The notes under the pieces are model-generated. The model saw only the letters and a program-made list of their open reading frames with translations. It was not told the origin of the DNA and made no database searches. The translations under genes and the position numbers were made by a program. From Lama glama (lineage: Eukaryota), in contig CM052817.1 of assembly GCA_028534125.1 (NCBI GenBank), forward strand, positions 52,888,001 through 52,952,000: a stretch of 64,000 nucleotides of DNA. Direction: 5' to 3'. Below, piece by piece: positions 40,420 through 54,439 of the stretch. Each line of letters starts with the position of its first letter. Positions within the stretch are counted from its first letter, which is position 1.

Positions 40420-41455
40420 ATCTCATATATTGTTTGGTGTTATTTCCAGTTTTATGCGCCTTCCTTCCACTCTCATTTATTCTTAACAAAGTAGCATGAT
40501 TAATGCTGTTAAATAGAATGTAAGTCTGATTGTTTCAGACTAAAAGGTTCCCCTTCTAACTCACATCATCATATGGATGTCAAATAAGCATCTTAAATTT
40601 AAAACTCTTTTCATCCCACCTCCCCAGTGCTTTTGTGAAATATGTTACTTCCACAGTTTTAGCTTTTGTTATTCTTAGCAATTACTTTGTACCATGGTTT
40701 TGTCCAAAATCCTGAAATATTTTGACTTTTTATTTTCTAAACAATTCCCATTCAATTTGTCAGCAAATTTGGTTGATTCCAGCTTCAAAATACATTTATA
40801 ATTGACTGCTGTTATTGGCACCGCATAGTTCTGCTCCAAGTCACGATCATCTCTTACCTACGTTGTGCTAATACTCTTACATACTTTATGCTAATAGCCT
40901 CCTAACTGGTCTTCTTACTACAACATTGCCTAATTTCATTTTAACCTCAACACAACTTTAGTGATCCTGTCAAAGTGGATGGCACTCTTTTGTACTAAAC
41001 CCAGTAAACCTTCTTCACATTTCACTGAGAAAATAGCCAAACTCTGTGTAAGATCAAATACAATCTTCCCCATCTTCCCCACCATCTTGTTTCCTATTTG
41101 ACCTCATTTCTGGTTACTTCACCACCACCACCACTCTCTTGAGCTTTCTTGGTGTCTTTGCTGTTCTTTAGGCATACTAGATACTTGATTTCCTTGGGGC
41201 TTCTGTCCTTAGAATACTTTATTTAAAATTTTACTCTCTCACCTGTATGCAGTCTTTATTCAAAATTGACTTTTTTTCACTGAAAACTTATTCTCCATAT
41301 TTAATAATAAATACTTCCCATCCCTGTTACGCCTTACCAGACTTATGAAACTTCCCACATCAGTTTTCTCCATTGCACTTATCACTACCTAACATTACAT
41401 ATATTTTACTTTGTCTGTGTTATCTCTCCCACTAGAATATAAGCTCCATTGATGA
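40420..41455 (+). mobile_element. L2 LINE fragments
   Basis: catcatatggatgtc...gcatcttaaattt; aatagcctcctaactggtctt; tctcccactagaatataagctccat. Confidence 0.75.
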
Positions 41456-42304
41456 TGTTTCTTTCGTTCAAATAAATACCGTGACCAGCTATTGAAATGT
41501 TGATGTTTAATTTAGCCCTATATCATTAAATAGAATAAAAGGCTACTGATTATAAGACCACAGAATTTGAGAAAGAAAACTATGCTACACCTAACCATAA
41601 GTTTGGATAATTTCCTAAGGTTTATGAGAAGATAGAATACTTGCACTTGTATGCAACAGACAAGCTTTCTATACAGCAAATATACACGTAGAAGACTTTA
41701 AGATAAAGTAGACTTACCAAAATAGTTTTATTATTTAAAAGCAAGAATAGAAGTTCAGGGTATCCTAATAAAAGCTTGGCTCTGAATTGCTTAAAGCTCT
41801 TATTACCTTATAGAACTATTTAATGATGAGAATCACAATGCTAATAGAAAAACAACTTAAAACAGAGGGGAAAAATAACCTGTTTGGTTGAATTCATTGA
41901 TTCATTTTTTTCTGAAAACAGTGTTTTGAAGCAGGCATTAGGACTGCTCGAACTTTGCCTCTGATGGATACCTACTGTCTACCGCTGTTGAAAAATGTCC
42001 TCATCAACTTTGTAAAGTTTATGTTTTGTTTTTTGCATTGGATAATCCATGCATTCTCACTTCTTTCCCTGTGTCTTTTTTTTTTTAATCTTACAGTGAG
42101 ACAGAAATCCACAGATTTGAACTTGGTATCAGAAGAAAATTACGTTTAAATCTTGATTGTATTATATAGTATTACTTTGCATAAATATAAATAAGTTAAA
42201 AAAATCAATGCGTGATTGATATCTGTTAGGCTGTGAAACCTAACAGAGTGTATAATTTTTGAGAGGATAAAATAGAATTTCAAATAACATTTAAGAATTT
42301 TATT

Positions 42305-42305
42305 C

Positions 42306-42337
<32 letters not shown>

Positions 42338-42354
42338 TATTGAGTTATAGTCAG
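42305..42354 (-). mobile_element. Ultra-short L1 3' tip with (TTTC)n tail
   Basis: Reverse complement ctgactataactcaataaa+(gaaa)n; perfect 15-bp TSD tttaagaattttatt (42290-42304, 42355-42369). Confidence 0.85.
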
Positions 42355-43599
42355 TTTAAGAATTTTATTTTTTAATGCAAGTTCTCAATGAAAATCATGA
42401 TATTATTTGAGACACAAAACAAATCCTAATGGAAAATATTTTCCCACTGGAAAAACTAGCAGTGCCAGATTTCTCTCAAGATATGTCTTTATTTTTGATC
42501 TGTTTAAAATGTTTAGTCTTGATAGGCTCTAAAGCCCTTTTTTAAATAAAAATATTTAGTAAGTACCTTTTTCAAAGGGGAAGTCGGTTTTTATTACCAA
42601 TTATTATGAATTTCTGTAAAAATTAAATAAAAAATACTGGGAATGTTTCTGAGTTTTTTTTTTAATGTGTCAAAGAAGAGGTACTAAATTCATATAAAGT
42701 AATTTTTCTTCGAACAAAATAATCTTTTATGGCATTGATACTTAATGTTTACTAACTGAAGTACTGTAAAATAATATTTTATCATTTAAAAATTACCATT
42801 ACCAAAGTAATAACATGTACATTTGAAGCATTATTTTAAATGTTTCTGTACTTCCTTTATATATAATTTTTTTATTTTATAAAATATAAACATTTTTGTA
42901 TATAAAAATATATTTTTCTGATAATATACAGTAATTCTTATAAATTAAGAGCAGAAGATTAGTTAAATGTCGGTTGGCACCAGGAAGAAGGAAATCATCA
43001 GTAAATGAGAAAATACACTTGCATTGTCTCATGTCTCTCATCATTGTGAATATATGCCTCATTCTTCTTAAATATTGCAGATTGATTTTTCTGCTTTTTA
43101 ATATACTGTTAGTCATATCAAACAGTGAGTAAAAAACCCGTAGATCAAAATTCTGAATTTCAGAGAAAGAGATTATGATTATTCTACTTGAATAATGTGT
43201 CCAGCTTTGGCCCAGTTGGCTTAAGGCAGGGAAGAAAAGTTTATAAAATTTACACATTGTATGTCAAGGGCTTATCTCCATAGATCTGAGGACGTATGTC
43301 AGAGAATAGGGATTTGATAAATGAGGTTGGAGTGTCATATAACTATTATTAAATTACAAACCACTTTTAACACTTTGAGATTAAAATGCTATAATTCAAA
43401 AAAGGTGACTTGAGGAACAGAGATGGAATTGACATGTTGAATTTCATATGTTCTTGTGTTCTGTATGTAGCAGAGGACATAAAGTAGCAATTTTTTGATA
43501 TTTCCAGGGCTACAAATTGTGGAATTTTAAAAGATCAACATCAGTATTTACAACTTCAATAGAAAGGCAGCTATTCAAAAATGCAAACATACCTTCGTA

Positions 43600-43800
43600 G
43601 ATGAGAGTGAGGATTATGTACTCCAATGATCTAGATTGGAACCCTGGTTCCAGTTTCACTAGTTGTGTTCCACAGACACATATGAAACGTTGTCCCCTAG
43701 GCATTTGTTTATAAAATGATAACAAAAACTAGTTCTTAAGAGCATAGGCTTAAAAAACAAAAAACTCATGAAACATAGCACTTTAATGGGTTTCTGTAAT
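43600..43800 (+). mobile_element. MIR SINE
   Basis: gattggaaccctggttccagtttcactagttgtgt...ttgtttataaaatgataacaa. Confidence 0.55.
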
Positions 43801-44439
43801 GTAAAGTAGCTTATATGCAGTTGGTAAATAGGATATGATGTTAATATAACAAAGAATTTCTATTGGCCCATATTAAATTTTTCCCAACCTTTTAAAATTT
43901 ACTTCTTGTTCTTTCAGAAAAAGCAATTGTACTCAAAGTGAAATACACAACGGGAAACAGCAGTCATAGCATAAAATACAGTATTGTACCTGATGCCCAG
44001 TCATCTCATGCTCTTTTTTGTTGCTCAGTTTGACACCACACTCTTTTCTAGATATGCCTATTTCATAATTCCATCATATGTGTACAGTTTTCTCATACTT
44101 TCATATCTAAACAGCCACAAGACTTCTCTCTTTATATCAAGTCTCTCCCCCATTTTAGTAACTTGATTGTGAAATACTATATTGATGCTGGTATTTTGTT
44201 ACTTATTAAGAATGTAACTTATTTTTTATATGCACTAGTATAATTATTAGAGTTATTACTGTTAGTTTTGATTCTCTGATTATAACATTCCATATGATTC
44301 GGGTTCTCTGATCATCACCTTATATTTAATGCATGATTTTGCAAAATCTGAGTTTTTGCTACAATTTATATATCCCGTTACAACAGAAACAATACACGAA
44401 ATAATGATTGAAATGTTCTCTAGGCCTGAAGTGAATGTT

Positions 44440-44641
44440 GTGCAACATTTATAATCAGTTGATTTTAGGTAAAGGAGATTATCCCCCATGTATGGGTGGG
44501 CCTCATCCAGTTAAAGGAAAGAAGGGGAAAACCTGAGATTTTTCATAGTTGAAGAATTCTATCTCAAGAGTCTAACATAGAAACCCTACCTTAGTTTCCA
44601 GCCTGCTAGCCTGCCCAACGTATTTCACACTCAAGACTACA
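44440..44641 (+). mobile_element. MLT2-like LTR fragment
   Basis: aacatttataatcagttgatttt...gtaaaggagattatcc...gggtgggcctcatcca...gtttccagcctgctagcctgcc...cactcaagact. Confidence 0.8.
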
Positions 44642-47600
44642 AATATTCAAGGATAAACTAATATTCTGTGCTAAATTGAGGCACAGAAAGTGCACTTACT
44701 ACAAAGGTAAGAATTAAATGAGGTTAATTGGAAGATTAGAATCTTGCACATCTCGTATATTAATGAGGCAGGTGGTTCTCTGGTAAGCATAGAAGTGTTC
44801 TAGTCTTGATGATTTGCTTAGTCAGTGTGTTTATGTTTAGTTAGGTTTAATTATTTAAATTATTTTTTAAAATTCTCAGACCAAACTAATCACTTTCAAA
44901 AGTAATGCCTGCTATTACTTAATATGTTGATTTATGTGTGTGTTTATGTGTGTGTCTAATTTATGTATAAAATCCTGTGCCAAACACTTTGAACACATTA
45001 CTTAAATTAATGCTAGTCAAGTACAACTTATAATATTTTCAATTTTCCCCCTAAATTTTGGAAAACTTTAATGACATTGAAAAATTACTAAAATGTTTTT
45101 AGGAGAAAAAAGATAGATAAATATTTTCCTTTGACTCTTATTCTTCTTGAATATTCTTCTTAGCTAACAGGGAAAGAAATATCCTGAAATTATTACTGGT
45201 AATGGAGCATGCAATTGCATGTTAGTATGAGATTCCATAGTTTATAGCTCCGGATTGATTGTTCACTATGGTTAGTGTTATTATCACTATTTTATTGTTT
45301 TTACTAGCTGGGGTCTTTCAGTAGCTACATCCTCACTTAACCAAGAGTTAGTCATTATTTATGTTGGGTATATAGGCATTGGAATATATTTGATAAAAGG
45401 ATGCTTAGGAACTTAATCATTTGTATATGAAAGATTACAAATAATAGATTCAGTAAATTATTAAAATTACCTAGCAGTAAAGAAGTTTTGCTGTTCTTAA
45501 AATCTTCATGGGGAAAAATAAACATGTAGGGTGTAATGCTTTGATGAATTATAATCTTAGACAAAATTGTACATATTTAGAAAAACTGTATTGGGTACAA
45601 AATAGATTGGTTTTAGTATTTAACTCACAAAAAGAGCTGCATTAAAAAAAATTATCCGAGAAGGAAGGGATAGCTCTGTTCTCATTACTAGAAAGTGTGC
45701 AACAGTTAAGTAAATTATAAGATACAAAATAGGCATTTATGCTGTTTACATTTCTAGGTTTAATGTATATTTGAGATAATTTCATAAGCATGTGGCTTCC
45801 TTAGCACATTTTCAAACTAGAAATTAAACATACAGCATACATAAATATACACATACATATATATGCACACTGTGTAACATACTTATAAAATTGTACATAT
45901 AATAAAGAGTTAAAACCTAAAAAGTCTGCTTTTTCAAATGCGTAAGATTTATCATTTTTCCTTTCTTATGACAGTTTATGTTTACTTAGACTGTCAGGTC
46001 TGCTGGCTTTGTGCTTGAATGAGGACATCAGGGATAATATAGATGAGCTCCTTGAGATTTGAGATTTGAGATTGCTAATAATTAGCAAAAGAGATATAAT
46101 ATAATGATGTTGTTCAAGAAATATTTGACAGAGATATTTTTTCTTAAAACTTAGCCTTTAGGATAAATAAGTTTCCAACAGAATGGAAAGAGGAAGTAAG
46201 GTCATTCCTGCATTTCATTCTGATGTAATAAAATTGTATTATCTTTTATATGCTAGACTATCTGAAAAATATGCATGTGTATGACTATGTGTGTCTTTAT
46301 ATATAAATATATAGATTATATTGTAATAATACATAAAGCATTATTTGTCCTTCCAAATAAGCTCAAAAGCTAGTGAAAGGGAAATACTATATTGTAATTT
46401 AAACAATGTTGTATTTATTTGTCATGTTAATAATGTCATAAGGAAATATTGTTTCTAGTAGTTAACCTTCACTGGAAATTTATTTTTTTCAAAGACTGTA
46501 CAAAGGACCCTTTAAATTCCATTAAAATTTATCATAAAGCTATATAAACATATAGTAGCATAGAAGATGGTGATAACTCTTCTGGCTGTTGGGAAATAGG
46601 AATGTTTCATACATTAGATAAAAACTAAAACTAGGTATTGAGGATGGAGAGGACTTCACCCAGTTGAGGAAAAGTATTCCTGAAAGAGGGAGTATTTTGA
46701 GCAAAAATGGGGAAATTTGGAAATGAATGGACTATTATGAAAACTTGGTCAACAAAGATATGACTGGAGGCTGGAGTACAATGTTGTAAAGGTGGTACGA
46801 GAAAAGAGGATATGGTAGTAATAATGATAAATAATAAATCTGAGGACTGATTAAGCTCAAATTGTAAAGAACGTTTGGCCATTAATTTTCCAACAGCAGT
46901 GGAAAAACTAAAAACAAAAATAGAACAGAGGAGTATGAAATTTTGTGTTATAGAATGGTATCTAACAAAGAATGCTAGAAGGAAACAAAGAAAAAGCAAA
47001 ATATATAAGGTATCTACAGATGTGCATATGTTTTGATGGATTACTCTTAAGTTACTACTACTAACGTTTTATTCTTATGAAGTAAATCATTATAGAAATG
47101 TGTATTTAAAAAGAGATAAGCATTTAATGTTTATAAAAGAAAAAAGAAACAGTGGAAAAGTAAAGAAAATATAAAAAGAAAGGACAAGAAATGAAAGGAG
47201 GAAAGAAGAAAGGAACACAGGAAGGAAGAAGCAACTAAACGAACAGACCACGATGACTAATACAGGGAAATATTTGAGTATGCTCCAACAGATCTGCTCA
47301 TTCAAATAGTATGAAGTCATTAAGATGAAATTTTTATACTTCATGAACAAACATAGAAAATGAATTCAAGTTAAAATAGAAGACTGCTAATGGGCATGTG
47401 TATTATAACTGCAACTTTAGAGTGATGAGAGTACAAATAAAAGTCAATATATTATATTGAAAATTATATTATGCTAGGTGGTGGTATTCTGAGTGTTTTA
47501 GATTTAAGTTATATTTTGCCATCTATTTAATGTGGGAAAAATAGTAATGGCAGTAATATGGATAGAATTTATGAGAGAAGCAGTATAGGGAGAAACTGTT

Positions 47601-48568
47601 AAGGAAAGAAATTCAGTTTGTAGGTGCAGCAGATCAGATGATGAGCCTTGAATAAAATATTATCTTATGTATTTCTATCAACATATTGTATTAAATTATA
47701 ATGCAATATAGTAAATTTTAAAAATTGTTTTTGTATTACAGGAGAATTCACATTCTATAAAAGTAAAAAAAAAAAAGGGAAGGTTTTCTCTAATACATCA
47801 CAGAGGAAACCACAGTATTTGGATATATCCTTATGGACATTTAAATTTATATACAAATAAAAAGTATGTATGCTATATATGTATATTAAAGGATATCATA
47901 TTATTAATTCTAGTATTTAATTCCTAAGAAGACTTATAAAAATTTTGTAGGAAAGTGAGCCTAAATGTCAATTCAGTGAATTTCTACAAACTGAACAATA
48001 GTGTGAAACCAGGAACCAGATTAAGAAAGAGATGTTGCCAGCACACAAGTAGCCTTTTAATATCCTTCATGTTACAGCTGCCACCTCCTCCTAGAGAACC
48101 AGTATTTCAACTTCCTATAGAACATATTAACTTTGATTGTGTTATACTTTACATTAAAAGACTCACATAAAGTATACTCTTTTGTATCTGGCATCTTTAA
48201 TTCACCTTTATGTTTGTGAGATACATATTGTTGCATGTTGTTCCAGATCATTCATTCTCATTATTTTACAATATTTCAGCAAGTGATTATATTGCAATTT
48301 ATTTACCCAAATTTTTCATCCTGTTGTGCTGATATAAACATATCCCTGTCATTTGAGAACGTATATACCTGTTTTGCAGGCTCTATTACTAGGAATGGAA
48401 ATTCTGATTCACAGAGTTTGTATATGTTCAACTTTAGTAGACAGTGCTAAACATTCTCCTATGATGGTTTTACCAATTTACTCTCTCCAGCACTATGTTG
48501 AAAGTTCTGGAAGCAGCATAGCCTTGCTTTTTATGTTTTTTTTTTAATGTTGGCTGTTCTAGTGGGTG

Positions 48569-48653
48569 TATGGCAGTGTATTTTATATATATATATAATA
48601 TATATATATAAAATATATGGCAGTGTATTTTATATATATATATAATATAAAAT
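48569..48653. repeat. Tandem duplication, 47-bp period (tatggcagtgtatttt+(TA)n)
   Basis: The unit starts at 48569 and again at 48616. Confidence 0.9.
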
Positions 48654-48671
48654 CTAGTATATATTAAATAT

Positions 48672-49665
48672 TTTTAGACATTTTTATGTTCTCAGCAAAT
48701 TTGAGATTAAAATATAGAGATTCCACAGTACCACCTACCCATACACGTAAATAGCCACCCCCTTAATCAACATCTCCCACCAGAGTGGTACATTTGTTAT
48801 AATCAATGAAGCTACAGTGACACATTGTTATCACTCAGAGCCCATAGTTTACATTAGACTTTGTTCTTGACGTTATTCACCTATAAGTTTGGACAAATGT
48901 ATAATGATTGTCCACCATTTTAATATATAGAAAATCTTCACTGTCATAAAAATCCTCTGTGCTCAGCCTGTTCATTCCTTCTTCCCCTCGAATCTCTGGC
49001 TACCACTGATCTTTTTACTGACTTCATAGTTTTGTCTTTCCTGGAATGACATAAGGTTGAAATTATGAAGTGTATAGTCTTTACAGATTAGCCTATTTCA
49101 CTTAGTAGAATATATTTAAGTTTCCTCTTTCTCTTTCCATGGTTTGATAGCTCACTGCTTTTAACACTGTGTAACATTCCACTATTTGGATGTACTAAAG
49201 TTTACTTATCTGTTAACTTATGAAGAACATCTTGATTCTGTTAAAATTTTGACAGTTATGAATAAAATTGTTATAAATATCCATGTGAAGGTTTTTGTGT
49301 GGACATGTTTTCACCTCATTTGATTAAATACAAAGGAATGTGGTTTCTGGATTGTATGATAAGAGTATGTTTGATTATGTAAGAAACCACCAAACTGTGT
49401 TCCAGAGTGGCTGTGTTATTTTGTATTCACAGCAATGTGTCAGCATTCCTGTGCTCTATGTAGCATTTGATAGCATTTAGTGTTGTCCGTATTCTAGATT
49501 TGTAGTGATTTCTAATTGTTGTTTTGATTTGCTTTCCCTCATGACATATGATGTGAAGCATCTTTTCATATGATTATTTGTCATCTGTATATCTTCTTTG
49601 GTAAGATATTTATCTGTTAATGTCATTAGCCTATATTTTAAAAGGGTTTATTTATATTGTTGACT
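48672..49665 (-). mobile_element. L1MC1-like 3' region, adjoining older L1ME-like sequence from ~47920
   Basis: cccaccagagtggtacatttgttataatcaatgaa...ccatagtttacattag...tttggacaaatgtataatga...aaaaatcctctgtgctc. Confidence 0.85.
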
Positions 49666-52600
49666 TTTACATTCTAATAGGTTAGAAGAAGCTAAGATCA
49701 AAGGAAAGTCTCTTGATAAAATTAAAAAAAATATTAACACTAGATGGAACAAAACTTGAAAAGAGAACTAAGTAGGAATTATGCCATTAATAGCATAGTA
49801 AGTAGTTTTTAGGAAGGAATTGTTTTGTATTCTAAAAGAAAGGAAAAGGCATCGAATGGTTTTAAGTTGGGAGTGACATAATCATAGTTGCATTTTTGGA
49901 AGAATTGCTTTGAAACGCCTGAATTAAAAGTGGTTTTACAATTAAAACAATTAGAGTAAAGGGATTTTATAAGGTTTTATTCTCATTCAATTGAGAGAGT
50001 GTACTTTTATCTTCAAATCATTTTCACTCAGAATATTGAAACTACTGTTACTTGTTTTTCTGTATAAATTGGAGATAGAAATGTTCAGTGGCTGATTCTT
50101 ATTCCTTTTGTTTGTTACTGATTTTCACCCCTCCATTAATATAGCTCTCACCCCCTTCTCTCTCCTTCTCTCTCTGTAACATAATTGATAATTTTCAAGT
50201 TTTAGTTATTTCAGATTTAAATACAAATTTGATAATAAGGGCAGACACAGAAAATTTCAAGACATTTCAAGACTCTATTTACTAACAATTTTATCATGGA
50301 ATATAAATATGTGACAAGAAAATATCTATGATTTTTTTAAATGCAGATTATTTTTTAAATGGCAATTGTTTACCAGTGTTTTATACCTTTTGATTGAATT
50401 GTAGGAATGGTGAAATCATAGAGGGAGAAGGGAAATTAGAAATATCTAATACAGTTACTTACCTTACAAATGAGAAATATGAGGCCCATATGTTACAATG
50501 GTCATTTGTCTAATAACCTGAGTTTTAGTTCTGCGGATCTGCTTATATCATTACCTTAAAGATATTTGTCAAAAATGAATACATCTACCCTTTGGCAAAA
50601 ATATTGACCTCATTTAGTATAATTTTTTCTGTAGTAAAAAGCTCTTTTTTCTAAGTTATCTTTGACATGCAGAGATTATGAAATGTGTCTTTAAATCTTG
50701 AACATGTTTCAATAAACTGTCAGCTCTAAGACTATTCATTTAACTCAACTTGAAAAAAATTCTGAAGGCCTATTTCATCACTGACTCTCAAAGGTTAGAC
50801 CAAGCTTGAACTTTGAGCAATGAACCTTTAGAATGAGGGCATGTTGAACTATAATTTGTCATTTTTCGGGGAAAAATGTACCTATTACAAGAAATAGATG
50901 GAAACTTAATTGTCTCACCTCACTTGTGCTTGAGAGGGCAGACTGTCATTCTCTACAAGAATTCAGAAAGTCTAGTTTGGCAAATGCTGGTAATTTATTA
51001 TCACTGAATTTGATAAAGTAAGAAACTGTTACATTTTCTTGTCAGAAAAATGACAGCGCATGTATATTCCTAGATCTTTATTTGTTTTAAATAGAACATT
51101 TCAAGTATTAAGGCAGCTAATCTAGAAAGAGCTATATACAATAAAATATAATGAGTTTGGCTAAATACTGCCTTACACTTTTTATCTGATGTACATTGAT
51201 TGGTAACTATACTGCTTGAATTTATATGGGATTTCAAAAATAATATTTTGTAGAAGCAGTAGTGCTTTTCTGGTGTGATGGTTTGAGTTGACAAAGTATT
51301 CTGACATTCATTTTCTTTCTTTCTTTTTTTTTTTTTTCAGAAACTTTGGCATTTTTCGTATCATTATGTTACATTAGTGTCCCTGTCTCAACTGGCAGGA
51401 ACAGAAGGTTCACTTGTAAAGGTGCAACTTTGCTTCTAATGAAGTGGTTTGTTAGCTCTGGAAATAAGATGCAGTTCTTTCTGATAGTTCATAACTTTTT
51501 CTCAAAGTCAACAAATATATAATCAGATATATGAGCACCTGCTAACATAACATGAATAAAATAATCTAAGATTCACACAAACAACACACGAATTGGCATA
51601 AAGTAAGAATGATGTCTGCAAGTGTGAATAAAAGAAATGTTATGTAAGCTCTGACCATTCAAACGAGGATCATAAGAAATGGTGAAGTAATGTTGGTGGA
51701 GTGCTGGATTATTACAGGACAGGGTGGAAACTAAATTGAGTAGGTCATAATTCTTACAGGTGGTTGATGTGCAAATGTTATACATGGAGAATAGAAAAAT
51801 ATAATATGATTGGTTACACAAAGTAAAATTATAGAGGAATAGAAATACCTTTGACCTATTTCATAGATTATGAAAAATTAATCTGTATTCAAATTACTTA
51901 TTATTATTATCACCTCCATAGCAACTATATCCAACTCTATTTTAGAAATAACATTTCCAAAGTCTAATTAGGAGATAAAGTATAGAATAAATTTAGAAAA
52001 ATTAATTCCTTTATTTTTTATTTTATTGTGAATCTTAAACCTTAATGCTTTTTTCATAATTTTTCTTTTACAACTTTTTAGAGATATTTTAGAAAATGTT
52101 CTCTTTATTGGAAAGAAAAATTGACCTAAATTTTTATTCTTGAATGGTACTTTGATTACTTTTAAGTGTGTTAAATTTAAATAAAAATAATAATGTTAAT
52201 TATATTACTAAACAAAGTTAATACTTGGTCATATTTCACATAATGTTGATATTAACACTGTTCTTTATTTTCTTACTCCTTGTTCTCAAAACATTAAACA
52301 AATATTGTATGCTAATGCTGCTTTGGAAATTTGTAATAAAGACAGCAAAATAGAAGGGGAAAAACAAAAAAGAGCAAGAGGGGTAGGAAAAGCAAATAAA
52401 GGTAACACATTCCTGATGCTGTTAGGGAAGAGCAAATCTTTGAGGGACATTAACAGCCTTCTCACTTTTCGTGTTTTTGAATATTGTATATAGGCCGTCA
52501 TAGAATATGTTCTCTACTGATTAAAGGTGTTTTGGTGTTCAAACATCAGCAGTTCTATTTGGGATATGCTTAGGAGCAGAAGGTTGAGTCATGGACTCTG

Positions 52601-52722
52601 TTATACTCAGAATAGCAGAATATGAACATTTTCCTTGGTGGACATCTTTGCAACACATGGTATTGCCATGTTTTTTTGTGTTATTGTTGAATTATTTTAA
52701 GATTTCTGTTAAAAATTTAGTA

Positions 52723-52823
52723 TTTTGAGGTGTGTGTAATTAGGTTTATTTATTAATTTATTTTTAATGGAGGTACTAGGGATTGAACCAGGATCTTGTG
52801 CATGCTAGATAGGCACTCTACCA
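52723..52823 (-). mobile_element. tRNA-derived SINE (Vic-1-like), slightly 5'-truncated
   Basis: Reverse complement tggtagagtgcctatctagcatgcacaagatcctggttcaatccctagtacctccattaaaaat...aaacctaattac. Confidence 0.9.
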
Positions 52824-52955
52824 GAGAGGGTATAATTTAAGTGGTAGAGTGCATGCTTAGCATACATGAAGTCCTAAATTCAATCCCTAGTACCTCCTCT
52901 AAAAATAATAAATAAATAAACCTAATAAGTACCTTCCTCCACAAAAAAAAAAAAA
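52824..52955 (+). mobile_element. tRNA-derived SINE (Vic-1-like), full length
   Basis: gagagggtataatttaagtggtagagtgcatgcttagcat...ttcaatccctagtacctcc...aaataaacctaat...poly(A). Confidence 0.9.
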
Positions 52956-53255
52956 GTTTAGTTTTTAATGTGGTTTTAGTTTGCATCTCCTTGATGACAA
53001 ATGATTTTGAGAGCATTTTCATTGGCTTTTGGTAATTTTTTTGCCTTCTCTTGTGAAGTGTAATTTTAAACTGTTTACCGATGGGGGGTTGTCTGCTTAT
53101 TGTTATGTAATGTGTCAGTTATTTCTATATTTTGCCTGTGTCTACTGCCAAATAAGTATGTTAAAACTGTATATCCCATAATATAACTTGCATTTTCTCT
53201 CTCTTAATGATTTATTTTGATATAAAAAATTTGCTGAATTTGGTATAATCTGAAT

Positions 53256-54334
53256 ATGTAGTCTATCCTAGAGAATGTTCCGTGTGTACTTGAAAAGAAT
53301 GTATATTCTGTTTTTTTTTTCCCCTTGGATGTAATGTCCTGAAAATATCAAGTAAGTCTAACTATTCTATTGTGTTATTTAGTTCTCTGTTGCCTTATCG
53401 ATTTTTCTGTCTGGAAATCTGTCCATTGATGTGACTGGGGTGTTAAAGTCCCCTACCCTTACTGTTTTTCCATGAATTTCTCCCTTTATGTCTGTTAGTA
53501 TTTGTTTCATGTATTTTGGCACTCCCATATTGTGTGCATATATGTTGATAAGTATGATATCCTCTTCTTGTATTGATCCTTTTATCATTATATAATGTCC
53601 TACTTTATCCTTCTTTATGGCCTTTGTTTTAAAAGTCTCTTTTGTCTGATATGAGTATTGCTACCCCTACTTTCTTGTTATTTCCATTTGCATGGAATAT
53701 CTTTTTCCATCTCCTCACTTTCGATCTGCATGTGCCCTTTGCCCTAAAGTGGGTCTCTTGTAGGCAGCATATTATAGGCTCTTGTTTTATTATCCAACCT
53801 GCCACTCTGTCTTTTGAATGGAGCATTTAGTCCATTGTCATTTAAGGTAATTATTGATAGATATTTGTTCATTGCCATTTTAAACTTCATTTTTCTGTTG
53901 GTTTTGTGTTTCTTATTTGTCACTTTCTTTTTCTTTTTGTTTTTCATTTTGCGGTTTGATGATTTTCTTTTGCATTATGCTCAGGTTCTTTTCTTTTTGG
54001 TTTTTGTGACTCTGTTTTTGACTTGTGGTTACCCTGTTTTTCAAGTATGTTAACCCGTTGCTATATCTTCTTGCTTTAGGCTGGTAATCATATAGGCTCA
54101 AACATATTCTAAAAAAAAAAAAGAAAAAAAAATCTCATTTTCTTATTCCCCCCTCTACATTTTGTGATTTTGATGTCCTCTTTCACATCTTCATGTTTAT
54201 TCTTTTGCTGTTTATTGTAATTTTGTAGTTATCGCATTTCCAGTTGTGATTTTCTCTTTTCTATAGATTCTTGTGTCTTTTCTGTTTAGAGAAGACCTTT
54301 GAATGTTTCTTTTAAGATAGGTTTGGTATTGCTG
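53256..54334 (-). mobile_element. L1 internal fragment: ORF1 end, inter-ORF spacer and frameshifted ORF2 endonuclease domain
   Basis: Peptides YLSIITLN.NGLNAP.KR, ICCLQETH, WKKIFHANG.NKK.GVAILISDK, MIKGSIQEEDI..INIYA.N, VGDFNTP...MDR spread across three ORFs. Confidence 0.95.
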
Positions 54335-54439
54335 TAACAAAATATTTTTTTCAATGGCAGTTATTTCTTGATCTGTTGATCTTACCATACCTAAACAATG
54401 ACAAAACCTACCTTTTAAAACTGCAGTTGTAGCAAAGTT

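Noticed and set aside
53256..54334. Active L1 or functional endonuclease gene
   Set aside because: The domain is split over several frames and truncated, with no reverse transcriptase region attached.
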